In this document: in pieces, positions 23,502 through 34,160 of the stretch
How positions within the stretch are numbered: position 1 is the stretch's first letter
Layout of the letters: each line of letters starts with the position of its first letter
NCBI GenBank assembly: GCA_027923505.1
Contig: BROI01000004.1
Span: 930,001-994,000 of the forward strand
Source: Mayamaea pseudoterrestris
Lineage: Eukaryota
Direction: 5' to 3'
DNA length: 64,000 nt
The notes under the pieces: generated by a model
What the model saw: only the letters and a program-made list of their open reading frames with translations
Told to the model about the DNA's origin: nothing
Databases searched by the model: none
Made by a program: the position numbers and the translations under genes

Positions 23502-25704
23502 CTAGGGCTCAACAGCAGTAGCATGACTTTGCGCAACGGCAATGGTCGATTCCGTTTCTTCCTCGTTCATGTCCACGTCATCTTCCGCAACATTGTCAAT
23601 AATCTTGGGGCGACTATGAGCACTGCGGCTGAGGGACGCATCCTTGTCGCGCTTGGGGTAAGCCAAGGCGTACAAGAGATCCAAGTGCTTGGACGACTGC
23701 TGCGACAACTGTCCAGGAGTTGGAAGCGAGCGCATGACTTCATCGCGCGTGCGACGAGTCACCGTTCTGGTGACCATTCCAGTTGCGCCGTCCGTCACGC
23801 AAACGTCACCCTCGGTGCTTCCAATCGAGCGGTCATCAGCTTCATCCTCCTCGTCCTGCTGAGACCCTGTGGCTCCCGAGCGACGAACGGCCCGAAGCAA
23901 GCGGCGGTTCCACTTGTTGACCACTTTCATAGAAATCATGGATCGGCCAAGGCGAAACTGGACTGGCTGTGAAGCCGTCAGCATTAATGGTCGTCGCAGA
24001 TACAAGTAGGAGCCATTGGACGACCCCGCATCCGTAAAGATAAACTCCCCATTCTTAAACTTGATCGATGCATGACGCGCCGAGACGGTGCGATAATCAA
24101 GCACCATGTCCGAACCAGACGAACGACCAAGTAAAAGCGGCCTCGTCGAGTTGCGGCCGTCCGGCTTGAGCAAGGTGCTAAACGACAGCTGGAAGCGCGT
24201 GTTAAAGAGACGCTGTGCCATTTCGTGCTTCGTTGCGACAAGGAGCGACACATAGGGCGGCTCTAACGATGACTTGAATAGCTTGACCTGACGCCCGTCG
24301 CTCAATTTAAAGTCCGACTTGAACGTGCTCTTGCAGACCGAGCACGTTGCGTCGACCGACGAAAGAAAGCAAATCTGATTGTCCGCTTCCGCAGTGTGCC
24401 ACTTGCGAAGACATTCCACGTGAACGTATTTGGTATCACCACTGCACTTGCATGGGGCTGCGAATAACAATGAAAGGTTACAAGTCATGGTTAGCCACGT
24501 GTTGCGATTGGAAGAGGCAAAAAACCATGGCATCTCAAATACTTACTAATCATGGGATTGGTCTCCGAATCTTCCTCGTCAAAACACATGTAGCAGACCG
24601 GATTGTCTCCCTCATGATGCAAATGCGCCGTCGGCGGTGACTTCTCCTTGCGCTCGCGGTGGCCACCCTCATCCTCCATGGAATCATCCGAGTTCTCTCC
24701 ATCAGTCTCCTGCAGATCCAAAAAGCCGCCATTGGAGTTGGTCGTATCCTTCATAATCTTTTGAATCTTTTCCTCCGACAAGACATGATTCTCGACCCCG
24801 TCATGCGTCTCAATGACTACAACGCCAACGCTTCCAACCCGCAAAAAGTCTCCAACTTGCAGAGTATGCGTGGCCGGCGGATGCTTGCGGTCCCCCAGCA
24901 ACCGACACGTTCCAGAGTGACGACTAAAGGCTTCCGGCGCCGGAACGACCCAAAAGTTTTTGGTATGCGTCGTCACCAAGAGCTGACAGGCTCGCGTGTC
25001 GCTCAGCTCGTAGCGCTGCACCTTGCGTCCAATGTGCATGGCATACTCGGCGCCAAGGTCCACCGATGGAGCGCGGTTGCGTCCACTGCCCTGAATGAGG
25101 CAGCCTTCCGGTTTGATGGTAAAGCCAGTGTACTTCTTCTTGCCGCTCTGACTATTGTTGCAAGGGTAAACCCGGACTTCGACCTGTATAATTTTATGTG
25201 ATTATTAGTAAGTGTCACTGGAGAATCATTATGCTCGCACACCAAACCCTCTCGTTTTTACGCCATACATACCTGGGTATCCAGTCTCGAATTGATTTCC
25301 GACGCTGGATTGATGCAGCGCACTGGAGACGGATGGTCGCGTTGCTGCGGCGGACGTCCTCGTGGCGACTCCTTGCCAGCAGCCGCCGCCGCCGCCTCCT
25401 CCTCAAGTGAAAGGTCGGCCAAGTCGCGGCTCAAACGATTGTTATGGTCGACGTTTGCGTCATACTCTCTCGTTCTCGCGACAGACTCGGCATTGCTCAT
25501 GCTTGCATCAATGGCAGGAAATTCATCCTCTCGTACGTTGAAACCATCCGCCGCCGCAACGTCGTCTTGGGCTAAATGGCCCTCCTCCTCCTCCACCTCC
25601 ATCTCGTCTGGCATTTCCTCGCTCAATTGCGCGGCAGGCGCAGGAATCATTGCTGGCGACTGCGATTCACTGCTGGCGTTGGGACTACTACTCGACTCCG
25701 TCAT
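23502..25704 (-). CDS. RINGv (MARCH-type) plus FHA domain protein, 3 exons
   Basis: CYMC..PMITPCKCSG..YVHVECLRKW..CSVCK, and FHA LGRS..VSARHA..DAGSSNGSY. Introns 25272-25184 and 24546-24458 preserve the frame. Confidence 0.85.
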
Positions 25705-26285
25705 GCTGCTGCTGCAATGAGGGCATTCGTATAGTATTTTGGTGAGAAATGTTCAGTCCAGCTAAAAATTGGCCCGACCCAGACTTTCCGGCAAACCAGC
25801 GGCTGCCAATGCACTTTAATTTCATGTGCAAGCCGATTGACCCTTTCTTTCAAATTATGATGTGAACAATTACATACCTGCAACGATCAATATCCGTATA
25901 CTATTACAAGAGATGAACTGTGTCAACTTTTGAAACAGACGACAGCGGCTCCAACGCCGGGATGACTGGCGGTTGCCTTGGAGTCGCAACGATCGCTCTC
26001 ACGTTGAAAAAGACCGCTGGGAGGATTATATACTTAGAGGTACCTGTTGTTCGCGTAGTGTTGCTACGAGGCGCGTCACTGGATGCGGGGTTACATGATG
26101 ACGTCGACAAAGCCGAAACGGCTTCGTTTCTCTCGCGTTTTCACAAGGACGAATGACGACTCCACCTTCCGCGCGTGCGTCCATCCGCTCGACTCGACTC
26201 GCTCATGAGTGCATCGTCAACGAAGCAGAGCCAGCGGGACCACAAAAGTCTAGCAAGAAAGCAGAAAAGTCACTTAGCTGAAAGC

Positions 26286-28376
26286 ATGTTGGGAAGGAAT
26301 TGCAGCAATTTACTTTTCATGACAATGGCGCTTGGACTCGTTCACTGTCGAACCGCTGTTTCCGCCTTTGGATTACGTACATCACGTTTTTCTCGTCGTT
26401 GTTTGCCTCGACGACAGTTGGCCACCAAGTCACCCGTCGAAACGTTCTCCTTAAAAGGAATCGAATGGTTGCAGGAAACGGTTGTGGAAACGCTCAATGA
26501 ACTGTATGATCCAAACCAAGTGGCCAAGGCGAATCTTCTGAAGAAGAACAAAAAGCAACAAAGTAACGACGAAACAACGAGCCAAGCTGCTACATTAACG
26601 ACTACTCCTGAGTTACCTTCTTTACAATCCTTTACCAAGCAGCAAGCCATGGTGACTCCTGCCACGAAACCAGAATTTGGCGACTACCAAGTCAACGCCG
26701 CCATGGGCTTGGCCAAGGCGCTCCAATTGTCGCCTCGAACCTGCGCGCAACAGATTGTGGCGGCGCTGCAACCAAAGATCACCGGGTACATGATGGATCC
26801 AGAGATTGCGGGTCCTGGCTTTGTCAATCTGAGATTCAAGCAAGACTACTTGACGAGAGCCGTGGCCAGCATGGCGCAAAATGCGCATGGACGCGTCGGA
26901 GTGCCAATCACGAAGCAACGACTAACAATTGTCGTTGACTATTCCTCACCCAACATTGCCAAGGAGATGCATGTTGGTCACTTGCGGTCAACAATTATTG
27001 GAGATACCTTGGCCAACGTGTTGGAGTTTGTCGGACATGACGTTGTGCGTGTCAATCACGTTGGCGACTGGGGCACGCAGTTTGGCATGCTGGTGGAGCA
27101 TTTACGAGACGAGTATCCTGCCGCTTTAAACAAGGAAACTTCACAAGACGTTGACTTGGGTGACTTGGTGCAACTGTACAAGGCGGCCAAGAAACGGTTC
27201 GATGTAAATGCCGACTTTAAAGTACGAGCGCGCGAAGCCGTGGTCAAGCTGCAGGCGGGTGCATCCGAGGAGCGGGCGGCGTGGGAGTCGCTGTGTTTGG
27301 CCAGTCAAAAGGAGTATGAACAAATTTACGAGCAACTCAACGTCAACAAGGGTTTGCAGGTGCGGGGTGAGTCGTTTTACAATCCATTTCTGCAGGGCGT
27401 TGTGGACGATTTAAAGAAGCAGGGACTGGCGGTCGAAAGTGACGGTGCCACTGTCGTCTATTTGGACGGCTACTCAAACAAGGATGGAGAACCATTGCCA
27501 GTCATTGTTCAAAAGACGGATGGTGGCTACAACTACGCCACGACAGACCTTGCGGCCATTCGTCATCGAACGCTCATGCCCAAGGCAGAGTCGGGTGAAA
27601 AAGCCCAGCGAGTCCTGTATGTGACGGACGCTGGACAAGGCCAGCATTTTGACATGGTGTTCAAGTGTGCGCAGCTGGCTGGTTTCTGTGCCCCGGACGC
27701 ATCGCTCGAGCATGTCCCGTTTGGCCTCGTGCAGGGTGAGGACGGAAAGAAGTTTGCAACTCGATCCGGCGAGACGGTCAAGCTGAAGGATCTTTTGAAC
27801 GAAGCTGTTCGCATCGCGGGTGAAGACATGAGATCTCGATATGAGAATACCGCAGATAGCAATTTTCTGGAGCGATTAGACTCGGTGGCCCAGATTGTTG
27901 GAATTGGAGCAGTCAAGTACGCCGACTTGAGCATGAACCGCGAGTCAAACTATCGATTTAGCTATGCACGCATGCTCAGCTTGAATGGCAACACTGCACC
28001 ATACATGCTGTACGCATACGCACGCATTTGCGGCATTATACGAAAGGCGACTGGGCAAGACGATTCAAAACCCATTGTTTGGCCAGAAGCGTCGGAAATA
28101 ATCGTATCCCACGAATCGGAGATAGATCTTGCTCGCAATCTAGTTCGACTGCCCGATATCATTGCAGACGTAGAGAAGGACCTGTACCCGAATCGGATGT
28201 GTGATTACTTATTTGAGACTTCTCAAAAGTTTAATCAGTTTTACGAAAATTGTTCCGTCAAGAATGCGGCCACGCCAGAGTTGAGGGACAGTCGACTTTC
28301 GCTCTGCGTTGCAACGGCAGCAACCATCCGAATGTTGATGAACTTGCTTGGACTAGAAGTCGTTGAAAAGTTATAA
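26286..28376 (+). CDS. argS: Arginine--tRNA ligase, probably organellar
   Basis: FGDYQ, AGPGFVN, DYSSPNIAKEMHVGHLRSTIIG, KFATRSG and GNTAPYMLYAYARI. The N-terminus has a signal-like peptide followed by VSA-FG. Confidence 0.95.
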   Translation: MLGRNCSNLLFMTMALGLVHCRTAVSAFGLRTSRFSRRCLPRRQLATKSPVETFSLKGIEWLQETVVETLNELYDPNQVAKANLLKKNKKQQSNDETTSQAATLTTTPELPSLQSFTKQQAMVTPATKPEFGDYQVNAAMGLAKALQLSPRTCAQQIVAALQPKITGYMMDPEIAGPGFVNLRFKQDYLTRAVASMAQNAHGRVGVPITKQRLTIVVDYSSPNIAKEMHVGHLRSTIIGDTLANVLEFVGHDVVRVNHVGDWGTQFGMLVEHLRDEYPAALNKETSQDVDLGDLVQLYKAAKKRFDVNADFKVRAREAVVKLQAGASEERAAWESLCLASQKEYEQIYEQLNVNKGLQVRGESFYNPFLQGVVDDLKKQGLAVESDGATVVYLDGYSNKDGEPLPVIVQKTDGGYNYATTDLAAIRHRTLMPKAESGEKAQRVLYVTDAGQGQHFDMVFKCAQLAGFCAPDASLEHVPFGLVQGEDGKKFATRSGETVKLKDLLNEAVRIAGEDMRSRYENTADSNFLERLDSVAQIVGIGAVKYADLSMNRESNYRFSYARMLSLNGNTAPYMLYAYARICGIIRKATGQDDSKPIVWPEASEIIVSHESEIDLARNLVRLPDIIADVEKDLYPNRMCDYLFETSQKFNQFYENCSVKNAATPELRDSRLSLCVATAATIRMLMNLLGLEVVEKL

Positions 28377-28505
28377 CGTACATTTACTATTGTATTAACA
28401 GGTACTTTTAAACGAAGTTTGATTAGCGCAAGTTCCACCAGAGTGAGCAACCAAGACAACATAGACTCCTCGTCCATCCTCGCCACATACACCTATCCTG
28501 TGCAT

Positions 28506-29483
28506 CTAACCTGGAATAATCAATCGCTTCTTCTTCATTGCTTGCTCCACTACGTAGTCGGCTTTTCCCTTATTCATCGTTTGCGCCAAATACTCGAGAC
28601 AATCCTCGTTCAATGTCTCGTCCAAATCCTTGGTTGGATTGCAAACCAGCACCGCCGCGCCTTCAAGCTCGGCTTTTCCAACGATGATACTACAAAAGTA
28701 TCGTCCAACCGACGCCTTGGCCTTGGCCAGTTCCTTCATGGCTGCTGGAAACGAGTAGCGTTGTCGATGGTCGCGAATCAGTGGAATGACCATGACAATG
28801 CAGCAATCCGGTTTTCGCTCCAACAACCCATCGACCAATTCCTTGGCGTAGTAGAAGTCGTTATCCTCATTGTACGGCGGGTCAATCAAAATGATATGCT
28901 GTCGATTGGATACTTCGTCGCGAGGAATGTAAAAGTCAATTGACGCTGGATCGTACGCGCTAATTTTGCGAAAGTCGGCATCCTCGTACAAGCCTTCCAC
29001 GTCGTCAACATTGACATCCGAGAGTCGATGAACGTCATTGTCCTGCATGAGTTCTCGGCTAAACAAGGCTGTTCCAGGGACAGTTTCGTTGCCAAACTCG
29101 GCGCGAAGTTTGTTGAGAAGAGCCACATACTTTTTGGTTGGAGCTGGAACGTTGGGTGCGTTGTTCTTTTCAACCATCTTGCCGGCGCCCTTGTAATATT
29201 CCTCTTTGACTCCATCGTGGACTCCCTGTGGAAATTATTGGATGTTTTAACCAAGAAAAGGTGAGAAATATTGCTGCTGTCGAATCATCGGTGCGATGAA
29301 CCTGCACTGTGACGACAACGACATCGTTTGACGACTTACCGGCCCGGAATGAGTCTCTACCAAAGTAACACCCTCGGGATGTTCGGCTTGGAAGGCTTTG
29401 ACAACGGAAATGTAGACGACATTCTTCAAGACGTCCATAAAGTTACCTGGAACATGCTCGTGCACGTAATTTGTTTCGGGCAT
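28506..29483 (-). CDS. RlmJ-like adenine-N6 methyltransferase, 2 exons
   Basis: Intron 29339-29226 joins NYVHEHVPGNFMDVLKNVV..VETHSGP to GVH..EYYKG..PGTALF..IILIDPPY, collinear with the motif order of bacterial RlmJ as I recall it. Confidence 0.75.
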
Positions 29484-29839
29484 GGTGATGCTGGAGATAG
29501 GTGGCTGGTTGCTGATGGCTGATGGGGGATTGGGGATCACTGATTAAGTACGTTGACAATCGCAACGACGATAGCTTCAAAATAAGGTCTTTCTTTCACT
29601 TTAGATCGCTCACTCGTTATAATGGAGACAAGACGAGAGGCAAGGTCGTGTGTAATGAGCAAGGACATGATGTTGATCTTGCCGCAAGATCATCAATGAC
29701 CCTCGCGCGAGAACTGTGACCGGATGTCAGTGTACCGGTGTGACAGTATCTGTATAGCGGTGTGACAAGAGCCGGTACTCGAAGGACGACCACGACTTTT
29801 TTCTTTGGATCATTGTCCTCGTCGACAAGCTAACTTGCA

Positions 29840-30820
29840 ATGAACATGGTCCAAACAGACGCTGCTACGACAGCTATAACTTGTCAAGAATGCAATAAAG
29901 ACACTGCCGTCTATGCTTGTCCTCGTTGTCGACGACGAACTTGTTCGCTGGCTTGCTGTCAGTCGCACAAGGTTCGACAAAATTGCAACGGCAAGCGTGA
30001 CCTGACAGCCTTCGCTCCACTCTCGCGCATGACGGATGCGACAATACAAAGTGACTATCACTTTTTGGAGAGTGTTTTGGGGACCTTGGAGTCCGGGAGG
30101 AAGCTGGTGCAGCAGCATGGAGATTATGCAACTAGCAGTAGCAGAAGCTACAATCATAAGCGTCAACGAGTCGAGCCATCAGCTCCAACTCTTCCACCGG
30201 CATGGCTCTTGGAAAACTCGGAAATACGGCAGCAGCAATCGCAATCGTCAAACATGAACGCCAAGCAGAGACACTTTGTGCAGCAAGCAGCACATCGAGG
30301 CGTCTCAGTGCTGGTGCAGCCGTCTTTCATGCAGCGGCACCAGCAGAACAAGTCACATGTCACCAAGCAAGGAGACTTGTATTGGACGATTGAATGGCGG
30401 ATATATAATAAGGCTTGCGAGAATAATGTTCATGAATCGCCAGAAACGAGTCTAACATGCCATACTCTGGTCAAAGACACGACATTGATGCAGGATGCGT
30501 TCGAACAATGTATGACGGCACTGAATGGCAATGCATCGTCATTGTCCTCATCCCTATCCAAAGACGACTTGTCCTCTTTTCGTTTGCTGCTCAAGCGAAT
30601 TCCATGTCCCGCCAATCAACCACTTTACAGCGAGCTCTCTCGAACAGTTTCTGTTGCCACTTGCTTGCAGGATCGAACCGTCATTGAGTATCCAACGATT
30701 GACGTTGTCCATACAGATTGCTTGAATGACTTTCCTTTGCTCCTGCAGCACATGGATACGGATCGTATGACAATAGGGAATGATGAGTCGGAAGAGACGA
30801 TGAAAGCGGTCGCAAATTAA
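29840..30820 (+). CDS. BCD1: Box C/D snoRNA protein 1 (BCD1/ZNHIT6-like, zf-HIT)
   Basis: CQEC..YACPRC..TCSLACCQSHK..CNGKR, SDYHFL, WTIEW and VIEYPTI. Confidence 0.88.
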   Translation: MNMVQTDAATTAITCQECNKDTAVYACPRCRRRTCSLACCQSHKVRQNCNGKRDLTAFAPLSRMTDATIQSDYHFLESVLGTLESGRKLVQQHGDYATSSSRSYNHKRQRVEPSAPTLPPAWLLENSEIRQQQSQSSNMNAKQRHFVQQAAHRGVSVLVQPSFMQRHQQNKSHVTKQGDLYWTIEWRIYNKACENNVHESPETSLTCHTLVKDTTLMQDAFEQCMTALNGNASSLSSSLSKDDLSSFRLLLKRIPCPANQPLYSELSRTVSVATCLQDRTVIEYPTIDVVHTDCLNDFPLLLQHMDTDRMTIGNDESEETMKAVAN

Positions 30821-30933
30821 GACTAAATGCTTCAGGCATTGGCGTTCTAGTACTACTTATCTTGCAAGAGTCACAATTCAATTGTTTGTGACAAAATCTA
30901 ATAATATAAAAATTTGGTACTGCGGCATTACAT

Positions 30934-31641
30934 TCACTTGAGCAACTTGTTGTTAAACTCGTTTTCCAGCTTCATATGGTCCACCGTCAGCTTGCTCACC
31001 GCCTTGAAACGTTCATGATCCGCCGATCCCATGAGCATGAATGCGGCCGACTGCGCCGTAGTTACAAACGCTCCCGACTGTTTCATGCGCTCGAGAGCCA
31101 TCAGACGATCGTAGGCTTGCTGCGAGGAAACTGCGTCAAGAATTAAATGCACATGTTTGCCTTGCTCGAGCAAATCCAAACAAGTTTGCTGGACGCATAC
31201 ATGAGCCTCAATGCCGACAATAATGTAGCTCTGTCTGTCTAGATTTTGTAAATGAGCTTGCACTTCGTCTGTCAGCATGCTAAACTTTTTCTTCTCAAAC
31301 ATTGGCGTTGATTTCAAGTCGTCTGGATTTGCAAAACAGTCAGGAAGCGTTTCGCCAAACACCTTGGTATATTGCTGCGTAATTACGATTGGTATATCCA
31401 GTGCTTTGGCAACGCTTGTCATGTACTGAGTCGTGCGAATGACTGTTTCGCCGTGATGTATGAGTGGACGAAACCTTTCCTGCATGTCGCAGAGTAAAAG
31501 GCATGTTTTGGATGGATGAAGCTTTCCAATGGAGCGAGCGGCAGTGACGGCTGCAGTAGACATGCTATATGCAATTTCTAATATACAAACAACGATAAAG
31601 ATGGTTGTAAATGAGCAAGCCAGCAAGGATCTTGCGGCCAT
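30934..31641 (-). CDS. Isochorismatase domain-containing protein (ISOC1/2-like)
   Basis: LLCDMQERF, KKKFSM and GIEAHVCVQQTCLDL. The start is either 31641 (with signal-like peptide) or 31563. Confidence 0.9.
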   Translation of the reverse strand: MAARSLLACSFTTIFIVVCILEIAYSMSTAAVTAARSIGKLHPSKTCLLLCDMQERFRPLIHHGETVIRTTQYMTSVAKALDIPIVITQQYTKVFGETLPDCFANPDDLKSTPMFEKKKFSMLTDEVQAHLQNLDRQSYIIVGIEAHVCVQQTCLDLLEQGKHVHLILDAVSSQQAYDRLMALERMKQSGAFVTTAQSAAFMLMGSADHERFKAVSKLTVDHMKLENEFNNKLLK

Positions 31642-31824
31642 GGTCGAATGTGCCAGAGAATTTGGATCGCGCAATGAATGTTGCGCAGTCGAAGCGGCAC
31701 TGAATATAAGTCCCGCTATGTTCGTGACTCCCTCAGCCAATCAACGTCCTCATCAGGATTCGCCTTCAACAGCAAGCAGCAAGCAGCACCGTCGGATCTT
31801 CCCTCCACAATTCCCCTCTCCACC

Positions 31825-33860
31825 ATGGCGCGTTCCTCTCTGCGCGTCAGGCTCGTCGCCTGCGTTGGGGCAGTAGCCTTGTTAGCCTGCAATGTGGAGG
31901 CCTTTCAGTCGACTCCAGGGTAAGTGAATCATCATGAATGAGTCCTTGGCCTCAGTGATGATCCATAACTGCACTTGTGCGTTTCTAACATTGATTGAGT
32001 CGTGGCTGCTTTTGACCGTCTATTCGGTGCTTTACAGTCCACGATTTGCTCCAGTGTCGATTCAGCCTCAGCTTGGCCATGGTTTTTCTGCGATTCGTCC
32101 GCTTTCCCAGGCGACAAATGTAGTACCTCGATCATCACTCCATGCGTCGAACGCAAGCAGTGATGCCAATGCCGCCGAAGTTCCATCCAGGCGACAAGCG
32201 GCAAAGAAGGTACGCGATAAGATTTATATGAGGTTTACTATAGTGTTGATTATGCTCTCTTAAACTTTCGCAGATTCTTTCACGCGCCGCAGTTTGCGTG
32301 GCGGCACTCGCCCTGGTGCAGCTTACGTTTGCCGTCGCTCCAGCGCACGCCCGCAAGGTTGCCAAGGTTGTTGGCGAGCACTTGCATACCGGCCAAAAGG
32401 TGGCCAACTTTTTTCGAGGCTTTGGAATTCCGGATCTTGCCGTCTTGGCCATTATTTCGGCTCTGCCGGTCGTGGAGTTGCGAGGTGCCGTTCCAGTCGG
32501 CGTTTGGATGGGTTACCCAATCTCCACCGTTCTACCAGTTTGTGTCCTGGGAAACATGGTTCCAATTATTCCGCTAATATACTTGTTGAAGAGTAGTTCC
32601 TTGATCAATAAGCTCATGTCGCCCATTTTGAAGCGCGCCGAACAAAAGACCAAGGAACTTGGTTTGGGAAGTCCCTCCAAGCAGTGGGTGTCATTGGCTG
32701 CCTTTGTCGGCATTCCACTCCCCGGCACGGGTGCCTGGACGGGGGCAATGGGCGCCTTTTTGCTCGGAATGCCAACATATTGGGCATTAACTTCCATTTT
32801 TACTGGCGTTGTTTCAGCTGGCGTGATCATGTCGGCCATTACCCTAGCTGGTCGCAAGGGAGGCATCGCCGCCTTGGCTGCTTTGTTTTTATTGACCGGA
32901 ATAGAGTTGATCAAGGGTGGCGGAACTCGCAAGCAAGACTTTTTGGAAGCGAAACCTCACTGGGACCAAACCAACGTGCCGGTGAACGTCTACAAGAACA
33001 AGGATCCGTTCAAAGGCAAGGTAGTCTCCACTAAGCGCATTGTCGGTCCCAAGGCAACGGGCGAGACATGCCATATTGTCATTGATCACAAGGGCAACTT
33101 TCCTTACTGGGAAGGCCAGTCTTGGGGTGTAATCCCTCCTGGCGTTCGCGAAAAAGATGGCAAGCCTCACTCCGTCCGTTTGTATTCCATTGCATCAACA
33201 CGGTATGGTGACGACATGACAGGCAAGACGGGAAGCCTTTGCGTTCGTCGAGCAACCTACTGGTGTCCGGAATTGAAGGCTGATGACCCGGCTAAAAAAG
33301 GCGTTTGCAGCAACTTTTTATGTGACACCAAGGCAGGCGACGAGGTCATGATGACTGGTCCAGCCGGCAAAGTCATGTTGCTTCCAGAGGAGGATCCAAC
33401 AACCAATTATATAATGGTTGCGACGGGTACAGGTATTGCTCCGTACCGAGGGTTTATCCGGCGATTGTTTGTTGAGGCAACACCAGCGGCGGAACGCTAC
33501 AAGGGTCAGGCCTGGCTGTTTTTGGGTGTCGCCAACAGCGACGCACTACTGTACGACGATGAGTGGCAGGAAGTGAAAAGTAAGTATCCAGACAACTTTC
33601 GTCTGGACTACGCATTGAGTCGCGAGCAAAACAACAAAAACGGAGGCAAAATGTACATTCAGGACAAGGTTGAGGAATACGCTGATGAAATCTTTGGAAA
33701 ATTGGAGAGTGGAGCCCACATCTACTTTTGCGGTTTGAAGGGAATGATGCCTGGCATCCAGGATATGCTGAAAGCGGTCGCAAGTAAGAAGGGATTGGAT
33801 TACGAGGAATGGCTCAAAGGTTTAAAAGCCAAGAAGCAATGGCACGTTGAAGTTTACTAG
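31825..33860 (+). CDS. petH: Plastid-targeted fusion of a small-multidrug-export-type membrane domain and ferredoxin-NADP+ reductase, 3 exons
   Basis: Bipartite presequence (..NVEA-FQ). Introns 31920-32037 and 32210-32273. Membrane domain [27 protein letters not shown] is in frame with FNR motifs [32 protein letters not shown] and WHVEVY-stop. Confidence 0.9.
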
Positions 33861-34160
33861 CTGTTGGGTCATGCTTTAAATGTTATTAGGTACGAGTATG
33901 ACGCATTGGGAAAGGTGCAGAGACTTTAAATTGGTCTGGGTGTTTGGTTAGAAGTATAATACTTACTGTTAAAGCAACTATAAACGTCAGTATACGTAAA
34001 CTAAAAGATGCCGGGTAGTTTGAGAGCGACCTGTAAAAGATCGCATCGGTATTCGGCGTCGCGAAACCGACCTTTCGCAAGCTCGACTCATTGCTCATTG
34101 GCCTTACCTTGGAATAAAGCAGCACTTGCGTCAAAAAGATCATTATTTAACACCCTTGAC

